A DNA stretch of 64,000 bases from Podarcis liolepis (taxonomy: Eukaryota). The translations under genes and the position numbers were made by a program. Below the pieces are notes generated by a model. That model saw only the letters and a program-made list of their open reading frames with translations, searched no databases and was not told where the DNA came from. Below are positions 53,208 through 64,000 of the stretch, one piece after another. The stretch is taken from the NCBI GenBank assembly GCA_965112155.1, contig OZ218099.1, one strand, 5' to 3'. Within the stretch, counting starts at the first letter, position 1. Each line of letters starts with the position of its first letter.

Positions 53208-53462
53208 ATATATTACAAATAATAATAATATAGCACCCTTCAGTTATATTCCTAGGGCACTTTACAAAAAAACAAAGCTAAATACCAGAAAAGCAGCCCA
53301 GATGCAGTCTGCAGGTTTAAAACTGCGTCTGAAAAGCCTGGGGGTGTTTTTTAAATATCCTACCTGGAGCTACAGGGGCAATAAGCTGCTGTGAGCAGCA
53401 TCCAAAGAATGTTTTTGGAAATGTTATTTCCCCCCATTTTTGGCTATGCAAAAATGGTGCAA

Positions 53463-53468
53463 AATAAA
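53463..53468 (+). terminator. Candidate TBCD polyadenylation signal AATAAA
   Basis: First AATAAA I found after the proposed stop, with a GT-rich tract downstream; an ATTAAA at 52707-52712 is an alternative. Confidence 0.45.
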
Positions 53469-53844
53469 TTTGTCTAGACTGGAAAACCAATGTGAGTCCC
53501 TCCCTCTGGTTGGTGTCTCATTTTACATCAGTGAAAGGGTCTTAAGCATGTAGCCAGAAGCATCTGATAAAGAGGAGCAACCAGCAAGGTTATGTAGAAG
53601 TAGCTCTTGTTATCACAATGGACTTCACTACTATGGAACAGGAGTGCCCTAATGACTAGTTAATCTCACAATAGGGGAAAAAATAGCTGCCCCCCCCCTT
53701 TTTTTAAGGGAATACAAGTAGTATTTCACCTTTTAATTTACTAATACCTGTTTTGAGGAATTCCTTTGGAGGTGGGGGCAGAAACAGTCTAGCGTCTCCT
53801 CTGGTTTGTCTAGCAACATAAAGCTTTCCAGTGCACCACATTCT

Positions 53845-53925
53845 TCAGTTAAAATGATAATAATCCACAGCTTCCTTCAGATTCAACAGCTTCAAGTTTT
53901 CCTCAAACTGTCCACCTGTCAAATC
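53845..53925 (-). CDS. B3GNTL1: B3GNTL1 (QTGAL, queuosine-tRNA galactosyltransferase) last coding exon
   Basis: Minus strand gacag|DLTGGQFEENLKLLNLKEAVDYYHFN-TGA; matches recalled human C-terminus [26 protein letters not shown]; known neighbour of TBCD. Confidence 0.93.
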   Translation of the reverse strand, partial: DLTGGQFEENLKLLNLKEAVDYYHFN

Positions 53926-54626
53926 CTGTCAAAACAAAAGATCAATTAGTTGAATCTGTCTGACATACTTACATTTCAAAGATCCTTCTTTACAGGAGTG
54001 TATATGGTTGGTTTTCTTTTTGTCTGGTTGGTTGGTTGTAAGTCACTCTGGGTTGATGTGGGCAAGTTAAAGGCTGTACTAAGAGATACCGATAATAGTT
54101 TGCTCTCTCTTCCTTCTCAACCCTTGCTTCTTTTCCTGCCCCGAAACTATGTAAATCCTCTAGCATGAAACCACATCATTTCCATGATCCAAGCATACAA
54201 TATTAATGTTTAGTCACAGCAACAGTCATTGTCAGTTGAACTGAGTCCAATACGGGTGTGTAGGATTCTCTTCCTAACATGCTGAGCTTGTAGGAACATT
54301 TCGACTACAATCACACTGTAAAGTCCAATAATTTAAGGACTTAAACTTGAGCATTTCTCATTTCATGCCCTTTTACTGAATGGGGGATACCTGTATATCT
54401 TACTGGTAAGCCGGAAGGGAGTTTATTGTCAGTCCAGGATATTGGGGGGGGGATGCAAGTCTGAAATAAATTAGATCCATATTATAACCATTACTATCTA
54501 TTAATAAAGGTTTCATTATTCCAGATAAGAAATGACCACAGAGCATAGCCAGGGGCTTCCAGCAGTACAATGGGTCATATAAATACTGGCTTATCAGAGC
54601 TCATCAGGTCTCCCATCCCTCTTGAC

Positions 54627-54745
54627 CAGTGGCTCTCAACCTGTGGGTCCCCAGATGTTGTTGGACTACAACTCCCATCATCCTTGAGCTCTGGCCTTGC
54701 TAGGTAGGGATGATGGGAGTTGTAGTCCAACAACATCTGGGGAGT
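54627..54745. mobile_element. Palindromic hAT-like MITE (same family) in the B3GNTL1 last intron
   Basis: ccccagatgttgttggactacaactcccatcatcc / ggatgatgggagttgtagtccaacaacatctgggg, 35-bp perfect arms. Confidence 0.82.
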
Positions 54746-57700
54746 CTTGACACTTGCACATGCTAATGTCCCCCACCCCCCGGACATATAGAACTCTACA
54801 TATTCTGTGACCTACCCCCATGTCCTTTATGGAGTAATGTAGGGGGAGAGAAGAATTACACTGCTTTGATGCTTTGTAAAGGCAGATTTCTTGTGCTTGA
54901 ACAGTATCAGCATAAACCTTAGAATGTGCTGTAGCACAATTCTGATCAGGCACTATCCCTTCCCGTGAATGACTTGGGGGTGGGGGGTGAGATTCTATCT
55001 GTTGCAGAACAGGTAACAGCAAATGTCCCAGCACCTGATGTTCTGCTATACCCAAACGACAACGATGGATTCAATACTAGGTAATAGGTAGGTCAAGGAG
55101 AATGCAAGGCCCTTAATTTGACCAGGAAGTGAACAACACCAGCTTTCATAGTGATAGTGATTTCAACAGAGTGCATAAAAGCAAGTAGGATAGCAAAGGG
55201 TAGAGGTTAAAAATGGACAGAGATGGGTTAAGGTGAAGGAAAATCTTTTTCCCTAGCACAAATATTGCTATTACTGGAACTACTGTCTTGCAGATGAGGA
55301 CCTAGACCTATTGGGGGCGGGGGGTGGGAGGAACAACCCAATAGCAGCACTACATTTTTGACCCACAGATGCTACTTTTCAAGCAACTTAAATAAATAAC
55401 ATTCTGATGACAGCTCAAAATATTGGTGATTTGGTGGATTTTGCATAATGAATGGGTTCTTTATTGAGAGATGCTTTCACCAAGCAACTGGACTATTAAC
55501 TCTGGCTACTGGTGATTCCTTCAAATCCTACCTACTGTACGAAGAGGAACTTTGTGCCTACTTGCCATCCTGCACAGTCTAATGTGATGATACCCTCCAC
55601 CCAACCTTGTGATTGGCAAGAAAAGCAGATGACATCATTCGCAACTTCAGCGTTTCTCTTGAGCCTTTAATTTCAGGGTGCTTGTAATTTATGTTTCCAG
55701 TGGGATTAGCCTTAAATAATACTCCATCATTAAGATTAGTAACAACAAAGGAGCTACTGCTTCTGAGTATGAATAAAGGGTAATGTAACACTTTTGAAAA
55801 GTAGGACACTAACATGAAGCTTTGCCTTAATTCGATAGTCCCAAAGTGCATGCAAATTCCACAGACGTCAGGAGAACATACCTGCATGGAAGCATATACA
55901 AAGCTGGATTCTAGTTGCTACTTGGAGATCCTACAGCAATATCCACCACTTAACAAAGTGTGTTCCCATATTAAACCATGGCATGAGACGGTGAGCCTTC
56001 TCTCTTAACACAATCCTTACAGAGCTGCATACAATATCTTCAACCTAAAAACCTTTTGAATCACAGAATTCAAGACATTGTGCCACCTCAAAAATCTGCC
56101 CTATTATTAAGCTTCAACTGCGTGAACAAAGAACTGGAAAAGTTGGGTGATGATTGTGCACTTCTCTCTCTGAATTTGACCAAACACAAAAGGAGTGCAG
56201 AGTCAAACTGGATTAAGGGCAACAGCAAAAAAATATTCTGCTTCGTAAGTGGATAGACTTTAAAGACATGCACAATGAAACATGGAGAGCAACATTCTCT
56301 GCTTGATCCAACTGAAACCCTTTGCCTTCACGTGCTGAATATTTCTTTTACTGAATACCCAGTAGGGTGTGCACTGGGTAATTCTTCCTACCAAGGAAGA
56401 CTTTAAAGAGAATGCCAAAACAAGCTAGCCAGGAGCTGCTTTCAGGATGGAAGGTGCGCCGCACAGCTGGCAATTGTAGAAGTTCCACCCATAGGTTTAA
56501 ACGGTTTCCAAAGCAAACAGCCCAGGCATCCAAAGCTAAACGAGAGCCTGTTTCTCACATCTTAACACATAATCTCTGACAGACCCTTCATTCCTGGGGG
56601 TGGAAAAACCCTATTTCTCTCAGCCCAAAATGCAGATACTTGCTTCTGGATAATTTTGCCAGGACAGCCAGGTTCCTTCAAAGACAGAGTCTTAATGAGA
56701 TTCTCCATTGCTAAATATCTTATTCACAAAGACCTTACAACTTAGTGAGGCCTGCCAGTTTGGTGACACAAAGCCAGATAGCCTTGTGAAGTGAAACTCA
56801 GTGAAGATGAGAGTGTGGCAACATGAGCAAGTCTGCTGACCTTTTAAAGCCTTGGTCACTCCCTGTCTATAAGAACTGACAATTCGGGGATTCTCTACAT
56901 GTGGTAGCATATAATTCCATAGCAAGGACTCTTGATATTGGGGTTCCTGCGACAACTTACTCACTGAACTAGGCACAAATCAAAACTGGGGCAGAATGGA
57001 AACACAAGCTGTATTTTTATCAACAAACTCAACGAGAGATGAAGCTTGATGGTTTCACTATTAAAGGCACAATACTTATTTTCAGTAAGAAACGCTGTTT
57101 CGGGTTTACACAATAACTTTACTTACAATTCCCCACACAGAACTGCTTCTATTAAATCTATTTCTTCCTAGTATGGCTATCCACTTTTACTCTGCCCATA
57201 AAACACCTCTAGCATTTTTCTGGGTACCTTCCTCCCATGTGAGGAAACTGAACTGCTTTATCCTGCTTCAAAAACCCCTAAACAGGCCCTGCCTGCCAGT
57301 TAAGCTGTCAAATTCTCCTTTTACCATCCGCCACTTTTCCTCCCTGTCATGATTGACTAAGAGTCAATTGCAAGCCCCCTAAGTCTGAATACTGCACATT
57401 CTGTGCTGTCATGGAGACACTCCACATACTTGGGCGAATGCCCATAAAATTGCACCCCACCACTCCTGTGGCGCAGCTCTGCAATCTATAGGGGTGCAAT
57501 TCGCCCTGGAGTTTAGGGGCCCAGTTATAGACTCATACTAAACCATTAATAAAACCTAACAATTCCATTAGTCTCAGCCAGTGCTGCATTAACTATTTAT
57601 AGATCAACACACTCCTGTGACCTTTTCGTAGTTCACACCCTTGTTACTACATGACAGTAATCTGGCATAGCTTCCACTTCTGAACTGGCAAGATAAATGG

Positions 57701-58609
57701 AGTGAGTGCCTAGTCATTCTGTGCTTTTAAGCTTCTACCGTAATTTCTGAGGCCCAAAGCAGATGGGGGGGGGGGAGGGAGGAGATGCTGAATAAAAACT
57801 GGCCGGGGGGGGGGGGATTCAGCTATTTTCATACTGCAAAGTATGCGACAAAACAAAATCTAGCCTATAATATTTAAAAGGAAACTTGGTGGAAATTATG
57901 CAGAAAGGAAGGGTGGTGGCAGGAACAAAAACAGTATAACTGGCACTTGGAAATTATGATTTATAGATATTAAAAATTATGTCCCCCTGCTCCCCCACCC
58001 ATTAGCAAGGGAGATTACGATGGAAGCAATGGCAGAGCACATGCTCTGCACGTACACAGCCTTAGGTATAAGTCCCTGCCATCTCCTGTTCAAAAGATGT
58101 CTTTGTAGCAGGACTCAGAAAGACTTTGCCCTTGAGGAGCCATTGCTTATCGCAGCATGTGGTGAGCAGGATCAGCTGGGTTCATGACAATCAGTAGGGT
58201 TGCATGGATCTCATCCCTGGGCTTGGGGCGGCATAGATAATGGATCGAGATGCAAAGTATTCCATGAGATCTAACCTGCAATGGAAGGTTTGGAAGGAAA
58301 TGCGCTTGGTAGAGACTCCTCTGCATCTGGACCAGGACCCTGCTAAGACTATACGGCTAACAACGCTGGAAGTGCTAGAGATGTTCAGGATGCACAAGGT
58401 TGGCTATCCAGGCTTCACTAGACCCTCTTCCCCAGGCACCTCCTAAGGAGTTATCACTGGTTTCTATGTAATTAAGCACTATAGTCTTTACTGTGGCTGG
58501 AAGAACTTGATAAATCCGGAAATGGGCTGGCCATGTATGCTTTTTAACCTACTGGTAGTAAAATATAAATGTGGCAGTCGCATGTGAGTGCATAACTCAG
58601 ATGATGACG

Positions 58610-58610
<1 letters not shown>

Positions 58611-58646
<36 letters not shown>

Positions 58647-58647
58647 C
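58611..58647. repeat. (AAC)12 microsatellite
   Basis: Read directly. Confidence 0.95.
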
Positions 58648-61029
58648 TCGATCATCAATCACTTGCTACTGCCTTCCACGTTTGGCACATTGCAGTTAAA
58701 AATACAGACGATAGATGTGACCAAATCCAGGACTGATTTGGGTCATGTGAGTGTCTGGGTATACCAGAACCATACAAGCTTAAGGCACCTGATTAAAAGT
58801 CAGATCAGAGCTTTGCAAACTTTTCATGTCCGTTACATACTTTTTAGACATGCATCATTTTGTGACACAGTAATTCAATTTTACTAGCAAACTGGAGATT
58901 GAACTAACCCCTTTCCAGCCCCGGGAGGAGCGTGGGGAGCATTCAGACAAAGCACCTATACACTGCAGCCAACACACTTGACATGTCGCGACACACAGTT
59001 TGGAAAGCTCTGGGTCAGATCATTCAGCGACCAAGGAGACTACAAGGTCTCTTTATGATACATGGCTCAGTGGGCCATAAGCAGGGATCAAACAAAAGGA
59101 GGGTAGAGAAAGCAAACACTGCACTGAATCTGGGGAATGTTTTAAAACTGAAATCAACAACTCACACCACCACAGCTGCCAAAAATATTTTAAAAACCTA
59201 AGTCCTCTTTATCTTCATCTATCATATACGAGCTATGCTGCTTCTCATCAAATGAACACTTATGTGCAATTCCTCTCTTGCCTCTACCTTCTGACTTCAT
59301 TTTACTACCAGAGAACTTGCGTCTCTTCCATCTGCAGTTTTAGTACTCATTCCCTTTCATTAGCATGTCTCGACTTTTTCAGAATCCTCTCCAGGGTGCC
59401 AGCATGTTTCTTGAACTGTGGTGTCCAAAATGGAACATCGCAAAGCAACTGTACCGTTGCTTGACCAATGCAGCAAAGTCCTGGCTTGCAATACTATCGC
59501 CTTGATAAGATGTTGACGTTTAAATGCAGCTTATAATGGTTGCAGCTTTTGTGCCGCAACATCGCAGGGCTGACTCTGTCTTCCTGCTACTCATTAAATA
59601 AGGCTGCCTGCCTGTGGCATTTTCCCCTCTCCCTCCAAACACTCCCTGCTGTCCTTTGTCTGCAGGGCTCACTGTGTGCTGCATCTCCCCCTTCATCTCT
59701 TTCAGGAGTGTCAGCAGAGGCTGGGGAGGAGGAAGGGCTCATGTATTTGGGGGAAATTAAATACACAGCAGTGTGGTGGGTTTGTTTTTCATCTCCTCTT
59801 TCATATGTGGCCTGTGCAGAAACGAAAGTTCAAGGGGCCCAGAAATACATCTCGGTCTGAATCCTCGGATTTATCCTTAGCCTGCATTATATCACCATAG
59901 AGCAACAAAAGTTCAACTTCTCTCAGCAAGTTTTAACCAGTTTAGAAACCATTTCCTCTGCCATCAGGCCTGCAAAGAGGGGACTCTTCCAACCTTTAGA
60001 AACCACAAGTCACTTCTTCTTGCTGGTAAAGAGAGGCGGGGTGAGGTTTTCAGCTCAAACTGGATGCGAAGCAAAACAAGGTCTGCTTCATGCAAAGTGA
60101 GAACGGAGGGGAAACAGAAAAAAGGCATTTCCAGTTGGCAAGTCATTTAGCTGCTGTGAAGCATTTTTGAAAGGGGAGTTTAAAAATTCCTGACATGAAA
60201 TGCAAAGGGTAACTCTCAATGCAACCGAAGTTTTAAGCAGTAATAAAAAAGGGCCTTCTTCTTGCGCGTTCTCTGAATTGATCTATGCTCATCTCCAAGG
60301 CATTCTACCAATATTCGATAACCATCTGTGTCTTAGTATACTATTAATCACGTTTCATAGGTGATATAAACAGGTTGGAAAAGTTTTTCAACGTTTTATA
60401 GACAAATGATTAAAAAATTCCATTAAACCAAACCAAGGTGATGGAAAATATTCCATGTGTTATACATAAGAATGAATAGAAATTGGCGGTTTTTGGACAT
60501 CAGTGTGGTGTGGGAGTGGGTGAGGGTGGGAGAGGCTGTTTCCATGAATTTCTGCAGGCTCTTGGAAACAACGTTTCTTCCCACTTCTCAACACCCATTC
60601 CACTCTTGCAATTGATGCTAATTAACCTTATATAATGCTCCAAGTATTCAAAGTGCTTCACATACACTATGGCAAATGAATCCTGGACAGCAGGTATGCA
60701 TTATCCCCCATACTGCAGAGGCTGAGAAATTGCGACTTGCCTAATGCTATGCTGTGAAATTATGTCTATTATAAGATTTGAATCAGAGACACTTGCATCA
60801 GTTCTTACCTAGGAGGAGGAGCATTTTGGTTTAACTCTACTACCTGCCTGCTGGCGCTGCTGCGCTAGTTCTGCTTGGCAACATCAGATGAAAAATAAGC
60901 TGATCCAGTTTAGGTGAAATGTTCAGAGTGGGGGGAAGGACACCCCATCTATGAGTAGCAGGATAATTTGCACAATGTTAACTATCACATCCCCATCACT
61001 AAGGAGAGATATGCAACTTTAATGAAAAT

Positions 61030-61499
61030 CATCACCTTGCCAACAAAGGTCCGTACAGTTAAAGCTATGGTTTTCCCAGTAGTGATGTATGGAAGTGAAA
61101 GCTGGACCATAAAGAAAGCTGATCGCCGAAGAATTGATGCTTTTGAATTATGGTGCTGGAGGAGACTCTTGTGAGCCCCATGGACTGCAAGAAGATCAAG
61201 CCTATCCATTCTTAAGGAAATCAGCCCTGAGTGCTCACTGGAAGGGCAGATCCTGAAGCTGAGGCTCCAATACTTTGGCCACCTCATGAGAAGAGAAGAC
61301 TGCCTCGTAAAGACCCTGATGTTGGGAAAGATTGAGGGCACAAGGAGAAGGGGACGACAGAGGACGAGATGGTTGGACAGTGTTCTCGAAGCTACAGTCA
61401 TGAGTTTGACCAAACTGCGGGAGGCAGTGGAAGACAGGAGTGCCTGGCGTCCTCTGGTCCATGGGGTCACGAAGAGTCAGACACGACTAAACAACAACA
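61030..61499 (+). mobile_element. RTE-BovB LINE 3' fragment
   Basis: LPTKVRTVKAMVFPVVMYGSESWTIKKADRRRIDAFELWCWRRLL and LMLGKIEGTRRRGRQRTRWLDSV; (CAA)n tail; in-frame stop at 61174. Confidence 0.93.
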
Positions 61500-62335
61500 G
61501 GTAGTGGTTTCCCTCTCACAGTGCAGGGAAAGAATTAAACCACAGGGGCCATGTAAATCATTCCTCCCCTGCTGATTTCTCAAGAAAACAAAACAGATTT
61601 TAGAGCAACGCAGGCAAAATTGTAGTGGCTAATGACATAGCTTCCCTCACCCACCTTAGTGTCACTATTCACGAAGTTAGGAAAAGACACCTTGTAACGC
61701 CAGAAAAGTGAGCCCTAAAATCCATCCTTTTAAAAGGAGGTGTTTTTATTTCATTAATGCATGCATTTTTATTCTCCTCTTCGGTAAAAAAAGAGGACTT
61801 CTAGAGCAGCTTACAAAGATCAGAAATACCGTAAGACAGTCCCTGGGCTTATGATAGAAAAGACACAAAAGGAAAATGGGGGTTGGGGGAGGAAGGACGC
61901 ATTATTTATAAAGAATTGGGTTTTTTTTAAAAAAATGCAACTGCAGCTGCAGCTCTCAATAACAAATGAGTTTGCTTGGGTGAGTGGTTTTGATATGGTG
62001 CTTTTCTAGGTAATTTAAAACTTTAGCATTCCTCTTTCTGTGTGTTTCTGACATGACTGAGCACCACTTGAAGGCAGCAAAGAATGCACTGGCTTACCAG
62101 GTGGGCTTCAGTCAACAAAAAATATAAAGTCAGTAGTGGTGCAGCCCTGGCCCAAACCCTCAATTTCACACTTCCTTTTACTTGCCAATATAAGGACAAA
62201 AAATTGCCCCAGGTTGGGACAAACGAAACCAAATAGGAATAATTATTCAATGCATGCTTTATTGCAACTGAAGGCGCAACTTTTAATTTGGTGTGGATTC
62301 CACACGCTTGCCTTAGATAATGAAATTATACTCAC

Positions 62336-62410
62336 CAACTTCACACAAATAATGAAAGGTGGGGAAGCATCTCTGAAATGTAGGATAGGGATTCTGGGCT
62401 TGGGATTTTC
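62336..62410 (-). CDS. B3GNTL1: B3GNTL1 penultimate coding exon
   Basis: Minus strand catag|[25 protein letters not shown]|gtgag. Confidence 0.94.
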
Positions 62411-63968
62411 CTATGGGGAGAGAAGCACATTTCTTTTTAGCTTGTATTCCATAGCTGCATTGCAGCCCACTAAACTGAATGGCATAATTCCTGGCCTAAT
62501 TTGGGTTCTGTGATCGCGAACTGTCCTGTGCGCTACAGTGGCTCATATGCAACAATTTAGTTTTGCTCTCCTAAGCTTATCCTCACCAGAGTTAAGTGGA
62601 AATACTCCTATTTCAAGGACTGCCATTTTGAGATGAAGCAGCATTTAGGGCTCCTACCCCCCAAAAAAGATATAAATTATACCCCCATAGATATCTCACT
62701 TTCCTCAAAATATTGTTTTAGCCTCTGCATATGAAGTCCTGGTCCCAAGTTAAGCAGGCATCAAATTCCCATTGATGCCAGAATGAGCAGAATCCAGCCC
62801 CAGAAGCAGCATTCTTCCTTTAGCTGGCCTAATTTATTGACATAACAGAAGCTAATTCACAACCTACCTTCTACCCCCCCCAACCCCCCCCCCAGTTTCC
62901 CCTCTTCTACTGTATTAATTTTACAGCCTCCCATTCAGGGTAACTGTCTGGCAAAGAAGAGGAAAAGCAGCAGGAACTGGATTTCCTAGTGGGAAATGTT
63001 CTGTTTAGAAATTTAGTTTTGCTTCTCATTCTTCACCATTCTGTATTTCTAAGGCAATCTTTTCATTCTGAATAGTTCATTCTCTTCTGACTATTCACTC
63101 TCACCCAAGATGACAGCCATTCATAAGGAGAGTGAAGGCTGCCAGCTAGTGTTCAGGAATGGGACAGAGAGCCCTTCATTCTACTATGGGCCACTGATTT
63201 GGTAACAAACCAAAACCTCCATTTCTTTGTAAGGTTGTTTAGAAAGCTGCGCTAAGCCGGCCAATAATCTCAAATCAATGTTCATATTACACGATGAAAT
63301 ATCAGCTTGCTTGGGTGTCCCCTTGCTTGCCAAATGCGCTGTGGGATCTGTTTCCATCCTGCAGCCCTTCTCAGAATCTAGCTCAAGTCTAGGATCTCAT
63401 GGGCTTAGAATCCTTAGAAACCAAATGTCTCTTTCAAAAAAAGCAAGCCACCATCACCGCCACCTCCCGCCTCCAGGTTTCATGACTGGCAAGACCAGCT
63501 TGAAAAAAATGTAAGCGGTTTCTGCTCGAGTTTAGAAACAGGAGCCATGTGTTTCTTTCTAGTAGCTGATATTATTATTTTTTCCTTTTCACTTCTATCA
63601 CAAAGCACCCTACCATTTCCTTCTCGTCTTCAACAGCTAAGGGGCTGACATATAAATCCAAATTCCACAGTGGTTCCCAATTTTGCAGCCCAAATAATGC
63701 AGGCAACATAGAGAATTTTAGCAATATATCCCAATATGTATATATAAATGCAACAGCAGTTACATTTTCTGATTTTGTATATTTTGATCCAATAGCAATT
63801 ACGTCTTCTGACTGCAACATTTATGCTTCTCCATGCGGGATTTGCAACTTCTCTCACAACAACTATATTAAGAATTAAAAGGCTGATGATGATGCATTTT
63901 TAGACATGGTTCCTCCACAGTGATTAGACAGAAATTCAGAACATGCATTTATCAGGACAGCTACCAAC

Positions 63969-64000
63969 CTTAGATTCTTCATAGGTATAAAATCCTTTTG
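63969..64000 (-). CDS. B3GNTL1: B3GNTL1 coding exon, truncated by window edge
   Basis: Minus strand ...KGFYTYEESK|gttggt; human KGFYCHEDSQ; phase 0 joins the next exon. Confidence 0.85.

Noticed and set aside
63575-63857. Minus-strand ORFs as extra B3GNTL1 exons
   Set aside because: Exons 63969-64000 and 62336-62410 already join in frame with no gap relative to the recalled protein

Overview
Vertebrate genomic DNA, most likely a lacertid or other squamate lizard, judged from the Sauria-type SINE, RTE-BovB, CR1, L2 and Penelope repeats. The + strand carries the 3' half of TBCD (tubulin-specific chaperone D): 23 coding exons between 4281 and 52419. All have canonical AG/GT boundaries and consistent phases, and they splice to 2013 nt (670 aa + stop). 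The - strand carries the last three coding exons of B3GNTL1 (queuosine-tRNA galactosyltransferase, QTGAL), convergent on TBCD with about 1.4 kb between the stop codons. The introns hold many non-autonomous DNA transposons (TA-flanked Tc1/mariner-superfamily MITEs, hAT MITEs with 8-bp TSDs), a solo LTR, LINE remnants and microsatellites. The most unusual items are: (1) a hAT composite element that appears to have carried about 1 kb of foreign CpG-rich DNA (16757-17990); (2) a TA-flanked MITE holding captured CR1 pieces and six tandem hairpins whose loops flip orientation (46134-47899); (3) a minimal hammerhead-ribozyme motif in a Penelope fragment (48821-48860, -); (4) a solo LTR with a 210-codon frame open from its first bases; (5) a TBCD exon that begins with a donor-like GTAAGG. 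Gene and repeat-family names come from my recall of the proteins and motifs, not from a database search. I found no evidence of a wholly new multi-gene system.
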